Positions 25,465-37,900 of a DNA stretch of 63,969 bases are shown here, in pieces. A program made the position numbers and the translations under genes. Source of the stretch: Negaprion brevirostris (Eukaryota); assembly GCA_030324005.1 (NCBI GenBank), contig JARDVH010000132.1, forward strand, positions 112,716,150 through 112,780,118, written 5' to 3'. The notes under the pieces are model-generated. The model ran no database searches. It was given only the letters and a program-made list of their open reading frames with translations, and had not been told where the DNA came from. Numbering within the stretch: the stretch's first letter is position 1; every line of letters starts with the position of its first letter.

Positions 25465-25555
25465 TATTACCAACCTTTCAAATCTCTATCAAGCCAGAAA
25501 AAAACTACATTTCCTTTAAAGAATTTGAAAGATTTACCATAACTGTAACAGCAAG
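25465..25555 (+). CDS. C5: Complement C5 internal exon (equivalent to human exon 7, beta chain)
   Basis: Acceptor tttttacag|, donor AG|gtaatt, 91 nt, phases 1/2. Translates (V)LPTFQISIKPEKNYISFKEFERFTITVTA(S), which aligns by eye with human C5 [31 protein letters not shown] (recalled). Not called in the ORF track. Confidence 0.9.
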
Positions 25556-26737
25556 GTAATTATTGACTAATGCATCTACCCTTTATAATTATATTGAGTT
25601 GTACTTTTAGCTTCTATGAAAAAAATCAGTTGTTTAAAATAGTTACAAAACGTCAACAGGAGTAACAGCTAGACATTTGGACTGGTTTATATGAAGGCCA
25701 TGTAATTTCTTTGATGATAATACCGTTAACACTTTGTCATACATTAGTTTCATATAGTATTTTTACAGTGGCACTCATATAATCATTTCGTAAAAATGAT
25801 ACGCTGGCATGAATGAAGTCATGCCGACTGGGTGGAAGATACATTGAGGGCAGAAGCACCAGTGTCAAACCCGCTAATGATATTATAATCATGCCTTTCC
25901 TGGGCATGAACCTGATCACATCATTGGGGTGGGAGGGAGAAGATCCCAAACCAAAATCTCACGGGCAAGAATTCCGTTTATGCCCTCTTGTGAGATTTAG
26001 TAGCTATTACAGGATTTGGGAGCACAGCCGCTAAAAAGTGGCCCAAGTATATTGGAAGGCTTTAGTTGTTCTGTTTATTTGATTTAAAGCATTGCAATCT
26101 GGTAAGTGATGGTGCTGTCTTACTGTAGGAATGCTCAACCTTTCTGTATCTGAGATCCCCTCCTGTGTTTTAAAAAAATCCATAGATCACCAAAACACAA
26201 CAGAAGTGTTTTTTTCTGCATAAAAATTAGTCCCCTTAAAATAACAGGATTGTCATAAAAAAATGATTCACTGGTGATCTTTAGGGCAAAAGTTTGTTTG
26301 AGAATCTGGAACAGTTTTGCTAAGGATATTTTTGGTGATTTGAGAAATATCACTGTTGCAATTAATTTAGACGTTCTTACAAAAATACACTTCCAGTAAT
26401 TGGCAAGACATAATTCTGAGATTCAAAAATGGGACTTTTCTGTTCACAAATGAAACCTTGTGGATCCCCTGTTGAGAATTCTTGTGTTATTGTGACATTG
26501 TAGGAATATCATTATTTTCTAGTTCATATAGGGTTTTGTTGATTATTGTTGGACTTACAGTACCATGAAAGTCAATTCAATTTTATCAGTGTAACTCTGT
26601 TCTCGTTTACATGAAATGCATGTATGTGTAGAACATCATTTTATTAGGTTCAAAATCAGTTAATTAAAATTTTTGTTTTTGAAAACAGGATTACTTCACT
26701 CCACAATAAACCTAATAATGTTTTGCAATTTTTGTAG

Positions 26738-26846
26738 CTACTTTTATAATAAAGCAATATCATCAGCATATATCTTTGTTCGTTTTGGAATTCTGGATAA
26801 AGATGGTAAAAAGCAACTAATGCCACAAGCAGCACAAATAGCTATG
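26738..26846 (+). CDS. C5: Complement C5 internal exon (equivalent to human exon 8)
   Basis: Acceptor ttttttgtag|, donor ATG|gtaaga, 109 nt, in phase with the previous exon. Translates YFYNKAISSAYIFVRFGILDKDGKKQLMPQAAQIAM versus human C5 [38 protein letters not shown]. YFYNK favours C5 over C3/C4. Lies within ORF 26673..26870. Confidence 0.9.
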
Positions 26847-29253
26847 GTAAGAGAAAAAAACTATGATTAACATTTAACGTACATTTGCTACAATTTTTGA
26901 CTTCTAATTTCAGGTTTAAGCTACTCATGTCGCTTTTGTAAACTTGGACGTTATGGACAATCCTCAGTGGTTGTACTGTAATATCTATGAGGAACCTAGG
27001 ACAGGTTGGTGAAGAGCAGGGTTCCTCATATTTAGCTCTGCAATGTGGGCTCACTATAAAGAAAATCAAATTGAGAGAGTTGCAGAGCAGAGAGGCATGA
27101 AAAGTAGTGTAGTAGAAAGACAAATGGTGTAACTTTCTATTCTGAAAACTGAATCCAGTGGCAGGCAGCAAGTTGGTGTGATTTCCACTGGGCGGCTGTG
27201 AAGGTGTGAGAGTGCCTTGCAGGTTCTTAGATTTGCAGCCATACTGTGGATGAATAGGAATGAGTAACCCAAGCAATGTATGAAAACAATCTTTATTATA
27301 CAACTATTATTAATGATTTAAAGTAAATGAAAGATAACTTTATTAAAATAAGTTATTATACATACATTTGTATGTATATAGAAAGAAGGAAAGACAACTT
27401 TATATGCACATTTTACAAATGTTAACTCCAAATCAGTCTGTTCAAGACAGCTCCCCAAAATATTTAAACTAACCCAAATTGGTCTGTACATGACAGCTCC
27501 CCAATATGATGAAATTTTCTTTGGTCCATACATCACAAAGGCTGTGAATAATCTTGCATGGGAGTAAACACTTCAGTCAATTACTTTGTCAATGGTCCTC
27601 CTTGGCCTTCTAGTCGTGAGTGGTTGACTAATCCACTCCAGCTGCAGCCCCAAATGTTGAATGCTGTGCCCCTTTAAATCCAATTTCTATATTCAGACTT
27701 TCTCTAAACAAGGTTGACATGAGTTCTTATCGAATTCTCCTCACAGGCACTGCAGAGATTTACAGACTTTGCAGTATTCAAGTTCTTTACCGTATTTTTT
27801 TGATGNNNNNNNNNNNNNNNNNNNNNNNNNNNNNNNNNNNNNNNNNNNNNNNNNNNNNNNNNNNNNNNNNNNNNNNNNNNNNNNNNNNNNNNNNNNNNNN
27901 NNNNNGTCATTTCCGGCAAGAAAACAGGTGTGTTTCTCTCCAAATATTACCACACTCTATCACAAAAAAACCCAACAAAGAGTGTTTCATGCTCTCAATG
28001 CAGAGGGGTGACCCCTCGGCATGCAGGCAAACCCCAGCTGTACTGAGATCGGCCCGCCGTTTCTAAAGGCGTCCCAATCAGAGCACCAATAAACATCCCC
28101 CATCATGGACGTCTCAGAGGCTCCCTCCACCCGTCCCCCAATCAGTGCCAGAGTGGCAGCCAACACCTCTCCCTGCCATCCCCCTATTCAGAGCCAGCAC
28201 TTCATGCCCCACCTCCCAATCAGAGTTGGCATTTATCCCTCACACCCTTTAATATTGGATATTGAGCCCCAGCTGCTGACTCTGCAGACGGCAAACATAG
28301 TTCACCATCCTACGCCTTCTTTTTAAGCTCTGTGTACTCCACAACTTGCAGATTAAAATAGCTGTCAAAGGCTGGATATTTCATTGAAGCTGGTTGAGGA
28401 TTTATCAATCCCTTGCATTGGGATTATTTCTTTCACAAGTTCACTAAAACAGCATAAAGGGGTATTAATCTGAACTTATTCTGACTTTTCCCTATTTGTA
28501 CCTAATATACTGACATGGTTTCAAAATTTTATCCTCAAGGATGCCAAATTACCCAAATTGGATAGATCCAAACTGATTCAGGAGTATTGAATTTTGATCC
28601 ATGGTTAAACTTTCTAAAGTGTATCTTCTGTTTTAAGAGCTTTCTGAATTTAAAATAGTGTCACTATTGTTTTGGACACAAATTGTTGGCTCAGGCAAGC
28701 TTCGCTACAATGGTGATCATGTTCAGCTTGAAAACATTTTGCTCGGCATTTAAGGCTAAAATTGCAAATTCATTGAATCCCAGCTTTGCCTTGCATTTAG
28801 CTGGGCTTAAAAAGTCACGATTCTCATGGGGTTTTCAACTAAATATTTATCTTTTTTTTGGAGCAATCTCAGATGCCATTTGTTAAGGTGTTGGCTCAGG
28901 TATCAGATGTTTAGTGACAGAGCTTTTTCAAACTGCACTTCTGACTTAGAATTATTTATAGGTTTCTCAGGACATGCTGTAGCCCGGAATTCTAAAAGAT
29001 TTAGTTCACCCTTGCTAAGTCTGCTGACTCTGCTCTGGGCTTTGAATCTGGATCTCCAAAACTGGAGACGCAATGGAATTTTCTGCTACTGTAAGGAATT
29101 TTAAATCTCTGAGTTCAGCTTCAAAATCTTTCTTTGTAGCATTTTCTTGGTATTTTTCCTCCATATCTGTGCTTCTGAAGCTTCTTCTCAGGCCAGACTG
29201 TTTTGCCATGTTGTAGGGTGCTAGTTATAATTCGATAGGTCCGAAGAAGTGAT

Positions 29254-29469
29254 TGTAGTCATATGGATGTTAACTGTAAGTCCTTATTGACTCTTAGAAT
29301 TATTTACAAATACGTAGTCAAAGTTACAAGAAAAGAGATGTCTCCATGCTTACTGGTACACACCGGTCTGCCCAACAGTCAGCTGGCACTGGGTGTGAGT
29401 CATGTGCTCTCTTACATCACTATGAGGGGAGGACTATACTCAGTCCCACATTAACCCTATATATACTAC
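29254..29469. mobile_element. Probable solo LTR
   Basis: Bounded by TGTAGT...ACTAC inverted ends; short LTR-like composition; TSD unclear. Confidence 0.5.
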
Positions 29470-30320
29470 GATCTGGTAGAGAGAGAGAAAGGCAAAGATA
29501 AGGTCAGAAAAAATTAATTCAACAGTGAGAAACACAAATGTAGGCCGGAATTTTCCTGCTGTTCACTGGCGGGATCTTCCAGAAATGCCATTGGCAGTAA
29601 CGAGAGCAGAAGATCTTGCCACCAGCAACGCCTCCCATTGTAGGAAGCATGCCATGAGGAGAAAATCCCACCTTTGGTCCTTCCTGTTTGGAAGCTAATC
29701 TCAAATTGTGTTCAAAGTTGTGAATGGGATTTGAGAAGTTTTGAGAACTCCAGACTCCATTTTTTAGTGAAAGAACTTAAAACAAGAACATAGTTGGTGA
29801 ATTTTCTTGAAAATTACTGCCTTGCTTATAGCTACATGTATTACAGGCTTGGCAAAGGTAAGGAAATGTTTTGTTCAGAAGTAAGATGCATTCACTTCCC
29901 ATTGCAGCAAAGCTTTTCCTTCTAGTTGAAGGTTTAATCATAGATGTCAGAGCTCATTGAAATGAGAATTCAATATTTATAGCATCAAAAATTTTGAGGG
30001 TTTCCACTCCAGTCTCGCCCAGGGTGGGACCCAGAATACACCCAGAAAGTAAACGTGTTTACTGCTGTGTGCCAGAACCACAAGTCAGCCAGCTGGCATA
30101 GTATCTCAAAAACTGGCACAAAATATTGGTTACTGTGGATTAAATAGCCCTTTGTGCTTTGCTCTGGATGAACACAATTCATACAGATCACAATGTTTAT
30201 GTCAAGTGGAATTGAAGACAACTATTTCAAGCTTGTCAAACTTAATCCCTTTACTTACAGCTCCTTTGGGTTCTGTGATATTCAGCAATGGATTTGAGCA
30301 AAATCTCAATTTAATAAACT

Positions 30321-30578
30321 TAAAGTTTATTTATTAGTCACAGGTGGCCTTACTTTCATGGTGTGATGAAGGTACTGTGAAAATCCCCTAGTTGCCATCC
30401 TCCAGCACCTGTTTGTGTACAAACAGGAGGAATTTAGCATGGCCAATTCACCTAACCAGCACATCTTTCAAACTGTGGGAGGAAACCAGAGCACCCAGCG
30501 GAAACTCAAGCAGACACAGGGAAAACATGCAGATTCCGCACACAAGGGGTCCTGATGCCAGAGGCAGCCATGTGCCAC
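30321..30578 (-). mobile_element. HE1-head SINE, Rex1-like tail
   Basis: aaagtttatttattagtcaca...ggcttact...gtgaaaatcccctagttgcca. Confidence 0.8.
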
Positions 30579-31418
30579 NNNNNNNNNNTCAAACTAACAA
30601 GACCATGGAGATAACTCAGTGTGAAAAGACACTGCCTGACATGATAATGAGCTTCAGAACTCAAAAAGGTTTGAATCCTACTCTGCACTACTTTAGTTTA
30701 TCTCAGCTGAGAAGTAGTGGAGGAAATAAAATTGGCTGTAAACTCCTGTTCTGATAGCGCTACAAGAGACAAAACATTCATTCTTGTTGATAAGGGTTGC
30801 TCGATAGAAACCGTGATTCTCAGACAATGACAGGATGGCGCCAAGCTGTGATTTCAATTCAGAATTGGACTAAAATCATATCATGATAGCACCTTAACAG
30901 GAATGGCTTGCAACAGCTTATAAAGGAAGGTTGGCAAATGAAAGAAAAAAGTGGTACTGCTATGTGACAGGAGAGAGAATAAATGTCAGGGTTTTTTTTT
31001 ACGATTGCTCAGTAAGACTGGCCATTAACAAAGTAAGCTAGGATTTTGTAATTGCGAATCATCACCCTCTCCCAGCCCCACCACAAAGAATTAAGGTTCA
31101 GACAAAGTCCTGGGTCTGAGGTATTACTCAGAATCTGAGGTTTGTGAGCAATAGAGTACGGTCCCTTCAGACATGATCCCTGTTCATTGAGAGCTGAGGT
31201 GGCAGAAGATGTATGGTTAGCATCTTGTGTGACTGTGATCACATACAATATGTAAAAGGGGGAATACTTGGACTTCATTCTCCCCACAGATAGCATGACC
31301 CACCGGTAGCACATAATGAAAATTCAGAAACATGTTGTGTGTGTTTATCTGACTATAATTTTGAATAATGGTATTGATTAGGGTGAATATGGTGACATAT
31401 TGCCTTATGGTACTGAAT

Positions 31419-31988
31419 ATGGTTAGCACTGCAGCCTCATAGCACCAGGGACCCAGCTCAGGTCACTGTATGTGTGGAATCTGTACGTTTTCCTTGTGTC
31501 TGCATAGGTTTCCTCCAGGTGCTCCGGTTTCCTCCCACAGTCCGAAAGACACGCTCGTTAGGTTTATTAGGCCGTGCTAAATAGTCTGTCAATGTCAGAA
31601 GTTTATTTATTTATTAGTCACAAGTAAGGCTTACATTAATGCTGCAATGATGTTGCTGTGAAATTCCCCTAGCCACTAGACTCCAGCACCTGCCTGGGTC
31701 AATGTACCTAACCAGCATATCTTTCAAACTGTGGGAGGAAACCAGAGCACCCGGAGGAAACCCGCAGACACAGTGTGAATGTGCAAACTCCACACAGACA
31801 GTGACCCAAGCTGGGAATCGAACCCGCGTCCCTGGGGCTGTTAGGCAGCAGTGCTAACCACTGTGCCACCGTGCTGCCCTGAACCATGCTGTACCTGAAC
31901 AGGAACTAGAGTATGGCGACTAGGAGATTTTCACAGTAACTTCATTGCAGTGTTAATGTAAGATTATTTGTAACACTAATAAATAAAA
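31419..31988 (+). mobile_element. SINE (Rex1-like tail) with a same-family copy nested in opposite orientation (31598-31880)
   Basis: The outer copy stops after gctaaat...tgtc and resumes at gtacctgaacagg...ggcgactaggagattttcacag. Confidence 0.85.
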
Positions 31989-32231
31989 AGATCTTCTGTG
32001 ACATTCTGGACCTTAACCTTGTTGGTGTTTTTATTCCCTTTTTCATCCTTGATCTCCTTTTAGTTTCAGCCTTGAAAGAAGAAAGAAGTAGCATGCAACT
32101 GTCCAGATAAGCTGTTCCAATAATGAGAGGTGGGCTAGAACATTGGGATGTCTCCCTTGCTCTTTGGAATAGTGCCATAGGATTTTTACACCTATGTGAG
32201 AGGACATTTCACCTGAAAGTTAAAACAGTTC

Positions 32232-32864
32232 AGATACCAAATTTGATGTCAGCATTTATTTCCAGAGGGCTAGAATACAAGATCAGGAATGTACTGCTGA
32301 GACTGTATAATGCTCTGGCCAGACCCAATTTAGAATATTGTGAGCAGCTTTGGAGCCCATACCCAAGGATAGATGTGTTGATCGTGGAGTGGGGCCAGAG
32401 GATGTACAAAAGAGTGATCCCAGGAATGAAGGGTATGTTGTAATAGGAGCAGCTGAGGATTCTGGGTCAATACTCAGTGGAGTTTAGAAGGATAAGGGGG
32501 GATCTAATTGAAACTTACAGAATACTGAGAGGCTTGGATAGAGTGGATGTGGAGAGGATGTTTCCACTAGTGGGCGAGATTAGAACTCAGGCACAACCTC
32601 AGAGTGAAGGGACACTCCTTTAGAACTGAGATGAGGAGGAATTTCTTCAGCCAGAGGGTGGTGAATCTGTGGAACTCATTGCCACAGAGGCCTGGTCAGT
32701 GAGTGTCTTTAAGATAGAGCTAAGTTCTTAATCAATAAGGGGATCAAGGTTTATGGGGCAAAGGCAGGAGGATGGGGATGAGAATCATTATATTGAATGG
32801 CAGAACAGACTTCCTGGGCTGAATGGTCTAATTCTGCTCCTATATTTTATGGTCTAATGGTCTA
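32232..32864 (+). mobile_element. CR1 LINE 3' portion inserted in a Deu-SINE remnant
   Basis: FISRGLEYKIRNVLLRLYNALARPNLEYCEQLWSPY. Flanks 32120-32220 and 32865-32920 resemble the antisense Deu-SINE. Confidence 0.85.
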
Positions 32865-33601
32865 ACACTGAAGTGTCAGCCTAGATTTCTGTGCATAAAT
32901 CTGGAATGGGATTTGTTCACCCCTCTTACCTGAATCTGATCATTGCAGTTCAGTCATAGTGCTGCTCTCTTCCAATCAGTGCAGGGATCCTGCTATTGTA
33001 GTTATGGATTAAGTATTGGTCTGTGCTTCTGTTCTATGCAAAAGGATAGGCTGAGGTAGCAACTGTGTGTTTCTTAACAGTTCCTTGACATATACTACAA
33101 GATTTCTGGCAGGCATGAATTTTGGCACCAAGAATTTTGTTGTGCATACCACACCTCCAACCAATTTTCGCCCCAACACCCCAGTCCCCAGGCAGCCTTC
33201 CTTTTCCTGGTGCCCCATCAAAATCCTCATCTGATTTCCCTGCAACTGGACTCACATTGTCCTCCACTGAGCTGACAACTGTTCACTGAGCACTGTCCTG
33301 TCCGCAGGTCGCTTGAGTTGTCTTCTAAACTATGTACAGTGACAATATCTGAGTTGGTGGGTGCGAGCAAATGATGTTTTTTACTAACCTTCAATATTGT
33401 CTTTCTACTCCACCTCTCTTACTGTTCAACTAGAATGTTGATGAACTGCAATTGGATGGATGGTGGAAGACGGGATACAGACCCAAGTGTGTGTTAAATA
33501 CTCAAGTGTAGAGAAAGGAATGGAATTGGATCAGGACAAGCAATAATTCATCCACTAGGCCATGAAACATTGCCTCAACTCTTCCCACATGTGACTAGCT
33601 T

Positions 33602-33886
33602 AAATTTATTTATTAGTGTCACAAGTAGGCTTACATTACCACTGCAATGAAATTACTGTGACAATCCACCAGTCACCACACTCTGTTCCATAAACTGAGG
33701 GAGAATTTAGCATGGCCAAAGCACAGTCTTTTGGACTGTGGGAGCAAACCGGAGCACCCGAAGGAAACACATGCAGACTCGAGGAGAATGTGCAGACTTC
33801 ACACAGACAATGACCCAAGCCAGGAATTGAACCTGTGTCCCTAGACTGTGAGGCAGCAGTGCTAACCACTGTGTCACTGTGTCGCT
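33602..33886 (-). mobile_element. HE1-head SINE, Rex1-like tail
   Basis: aaatttatttattagtgtcacaagtaggcttacatta...ggcagcagtgctaaccactgtg. Confidence 0.85.
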
Positions 33887-34207
33887 TAAAGCCAACTGTT
33901 TCCCCAAATCCTTTTGCAGGATGCCCATTCAATGTGTGCAGTTTAGGATGACTTTTGGTTGAAAGTCCATTGTCATATTTGGTTCAAACCTCAGGCTAAT
34001 GTAAAGCTCCACAGCCTCGGGAGGGTGAGGTGGTAAAATTCTGGCAATAGCATCTATTTTGGGCTCAAATCGAGTTTCTTCTCTGATTCATGTGACAATG
34101 AACCTTCCATAATCTTGCTAAAAATGTCACAGGAATAAGAAGATAATGTGATGGACAATTTTAAGATGTTTCATCAAAGTTGCCCATGATCAATATATTT
34201 ATTTATA

Positions 34208-35496
34208 TGTGGATGTATATTCCTTATCCTTGGAGTGAGTGAGTCAATTTAAAATAACCCAGCAGCAAAAGGTTTTTGTACTTAGAAAGGAAAGGTTAGT
34301 TTATTTCTGCACTCTTGCTCTGGAGGCTCCTTAAGGAAAATTTATACACTCACACACATACACAGAAAGATCATTTACAGATGTGGATAAAACAATATTT
34401 ATAGAAATGGAATCAAGTTCAGTTCCTGTTGTTTTGGTGCAGGTTTGGTATTTTGAAGTTGAGATATTCTGTTGGCTGCAGCGAAGGCTTTTCATTTTCT
34501 GGATAGTTTCAGCAATTGCGATGGTTCCTACGATTGACTCTGAGGAGTGGAGGTAAGTTTGTAAATAAAGTGAATCTGGAGAAGGGTCACTGGCCTTTGA
34601 AGAGTTAGTTCACCTTATAGATGGAATAGGACAAGGGGAGCGGGTGGTCCCTTGTTTCACCTTGACAAGACTGTAGGGATGGACATAGAACACAGAACAT
34701 AGGAAAACTACAACACAAACAGGCCCTTTGGCCCACAAGTTGTGCCGATGATATCCATACCTTATGGCTTACCTAAAACCCTCAATTCTATTAAGTTCCA
34801 TGAACTCATCTAGAAGTCTCTTTAAAGACACTATCTAATCTGCCTCTACTACCACTGACAGCAGCCAATTCCACTCACCCACCAACCTCTGAGTGAAAAA
34901 CTGATATCTCCTCATAAGGCATGCCACCCAATCCATTCAACACCCTTGTAAATCTCCTCTGTGCCCTTTCAATAGCTTCCACATCCTTCCTGTAATGAGG
35001 CGACTAGAACTGAGCACAGTACTCCAAGAGAGGTCTGACTGGGGTCTTATAAAGCTGCAACATTATCTCCCGACTCCTAAACTCAATCCCTCGATTGATG
35101 AAGGGCAGTACACCATACTCCTTCTTAACCACATCCTCCACCTGAGAGGCCGATTTAAGAGTCCTGTGGACCTGGACCCCAAGGCCCTTCTGATCCTCCA
35201 CACTGCCAGGACCTTGGTAACCTGATTACAGAAGCCCTATAGCTGGGCTTGTTGGACTCTCCTCTCTCCCTGGTGCTAGCAGTCAATCTCCGAAGATGTC
35301 TTAAGATGTCTCTCTCATGCTGTTTCTTATAGTTCTGGCTGTAGGCCGCTTTCTCTGTCTTTTCTATCTTTTTGGCAGGCAAATCAAGATGGCTGCTGCA
35401 TCAACATGCCAAATCATGAGGTGATCCAATTTAAAAAATATTTTTAAAAGCTTTAGCTTTTGTTCTGGCGAAGGTGAAGTTTACATTCTTACCATA
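34208..35496. mobile_element. Possible LTR interrupted by CR1
   Basis: LTR-like composition on both sides of the CR1 at 34683-35215; ends not clearly resolved. Confidence 0.35.
34683..35215 (-). mobile_element. CR1 LINE 3' portion
   Basis: ORF 35004..35201 (LGVQVHRTLKSASQVEDVVKK...RGIEFRSREIMLQLYKTPVRPLLEYCAQF). Confidence 0.9.
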
Positions 35497-35554
35497 AGGC
35501 ACTGAAAAAAAAAGCTGGACAAGACCGTAGTGAAACATAATTAAACTAAATAAA

Positions 35555-35695
35555 AATTGAAAATGCTGGCAAAACTTAGCAGGTCTGGCAGCATCAGTGG
35601 AAAGAGAAACAGAGTTAATATTTCAGGTCCAATATGACTCTTCTTCAGAGTGCCTTATCTCAGATTTCCAGCATTTGCAGTATTTTGCATTTATT
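35555..35695 (-). mobile_element. Penelope-derived terminal fragment
   Basis: Antisense ctgaagaagagtcatattggacctgaaatattaactctgtttc...gatgctgccagacctgct, followed by an inverted tail. Confidence 0.6.
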
Positions 35696-35924
35696 TTGTG
35701 CTTTAATTTTATACTTAAATTAAAGATTATCCTATGTAATCTCAAAAGATAAACACAGTCTGATTCACACATCTGTCAAGCAGCTTGAAGCCATTTTAAT
35801 ATTTAGTTTTGGAAATGGTTTTTAAATGTAATAATAAAATAGAGCTTTTTAAAAAAATGTAATATATACGTTACTGCCCATCGAAACAATAAGCATATAT
35901 GCTAAACCTAAGCCTTGTTATGAA

Positions 35925-36200
35925 GATCTTGTTGCGCAGTGATTAACATCTCTATCTCTGAGCCAGAAGCTCCGGATTTGAGTCCTGCCGCAGAAGGAAG
36001 GTGCACTCATAATGCGGCCAAACAGATTGAGTATCAACCTGCAAATCTTTCCAAACATGCCAATGGCTGGCGGTAAGAGTGGGAGAGACTCCTGGGGAGC
36101 TACACATGATGTGGAATGGTGCCCTTCAAGCTAAAAGCCCCTGGCAAAAGATTAGTGCCCCAATCTGGCAATTACTGGTGATGGAAATGGAAGAAAGTCT
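35925..36200 (+). mobile_element. tRNA-headed element (distinct SINE or LINE 5' region)
   Basis: A-box-like tgttgcgcagtgatt and B-box-like ggatttgagtcctgcc. The body differs from the other SINEs here. Confidence 0.45.
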
Positions 36201-37534
36201 GTCTTCATGTACCACTGGGTGCGGGAAGAGAATTGGGCTGTAATTTAATTGCAGAACAGAATTTTCTGTTGACCTTGGGTGGGATTTTACGGGTTTCGCC
36301 TGGGCAAGGTCGTGAAATACTGGCTTTAGAATTGGGACGTCTTATTGTAGAAAAAGTACAGCTCACCCTTTGAAGAAGATGGAGCGTATTTTGGTTTATC
36401 CTGGTTGCTGTTTCTACATATGCTTCTATGTACAAAGAGAAAGTACACATTGCAAGAAAGATTTAGTTCCCGTAACACTGAGATTATGAATAAAAAATGA
36501 AGTTCTAGCATCAACAGATTGGACATCTTAATGCTTGGGCCATTTATTGAAAGAATATTTATGATCTGGTTGACTAATTAGCCAATGATTCTATAGGTGG
36601 GGGAGCGGGTGTTTGTATTAATTTATCAAGTTGAGGGACGACAGCACTGGGAAATGGAACAAGATCTTAGTGAAAATATATCAGGCCCCACGGTGCCNNN
36701 NNNNNNNAAATTATAATTCTGAAATTCAATATAAAGCTGTCTGGCCTGTCGAGGCTGGAATAAAGATCAAATTCCACGGAGTTAAAACACAAATGATTAT
36801 TTAAAGACACAAAGAATCCCTTTGTAACTGAAGTATCCTCAAGATGAAGATGAAAAATAATTCCGGGCTCCATAGAATTTAAAGAAATTGTAATTTCACT
36901 GAATAGATTTGAGAGGGATGCCTTATTCCTACATTCTATTGGAGAAAGGCTACATTGACATTCAATGAAATCCAGCAAATATCATTTCCACAGTCAAACA
37001 TATAAATTAAATATTCTTTTCAGCAAACAATAATCAAATTAACAAATTAATTAACCAGCCCTGAAGAGGATACTGCAACTGAACCTATTAAGGAAACTTA
37101 TTCCATTAAAATAACATTCCCAGGGCTAGCAACGCACTCCAGTCTCGTCAGGCTCACCAGTTGCTGAAAGCCTGCTTAAAGATATATTTGTACACATCAT
37201 TAAAAGCTGCAGACACATTATCGTAGGTGATTAATAGATTTATTACTCGACCACAGAAATGAAAAGCATATATAGAATGAAGTGCAAAAGATATATTGAA
37301 TCTAAATGAAAGTAATTGAGTCCAAGTGCCGCAATAAGTTCTGCTCCAGCACTCAGAGCAATCAAAACGTATCAGCGGTTGCAGCCAATTTGCAGATGAC
37401 TGAGAAGGATTGGAAACAGCGGCAGAAAGCTGATTATACCGCACATCAATATCTGATTTCAATCAGCTCCATTTCTGAGTGAGCCAACTTAATGGCATCA
37501 TACAGCCAATCGTACATGGCTTCAGTTAAAAAAA

Positions 37535-37900
37535 ACCTGTATTATTATAGCACCATATCAGCTCCTCAGGATGTTGCAAAACACTTTACCAACCCACAGA
37601 TTGCAGTTACTGACATTAGGTGGCAAAAGGCAGCAGCCAACTTCCAAATAACAAGGTGTCAAAAAAGAAAGAATGCATCAGTGAGTGCCCTTACAATCTG
37701 TTTTTTTCTCTTGTTTTGTTGGGTGCGGGAGGATTGTTGGCCAGTACACTTGGAGAACTTGGAACTTTTTTTCAAAGAATGCCAAAGGAGCACCGATGTC
37801 TGTTGGCTAAACCATTTTGACCGGCTTGGATGGAAATGTCATTTTCTATTGGAAAGGAAAATGTGGAGAGGTGTGTAACAGGTGGCCAACCTAATCTAGC
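37535..37900 (-). mobile_element. Deu-domain SINE remnant
   Basis: aacctgtattattatagcacc...cctcaggatgttgcaaaacacttta...ggcagcagccaac...ttggccagtacacttggagaact. Confidence 0.6.

Noticed and set aside
26842-27303. 153-aa minus-strand ORF next to the C5 exon
   Set aside because: No recognisable domain and atypical composition; likely a chance ORF in an intron.
28385-28465. Peptide IGIISF resembling an earlier C5 exon
   Set aside because: Out of exon order, no in-frame splice sites, and no flanking similarity.
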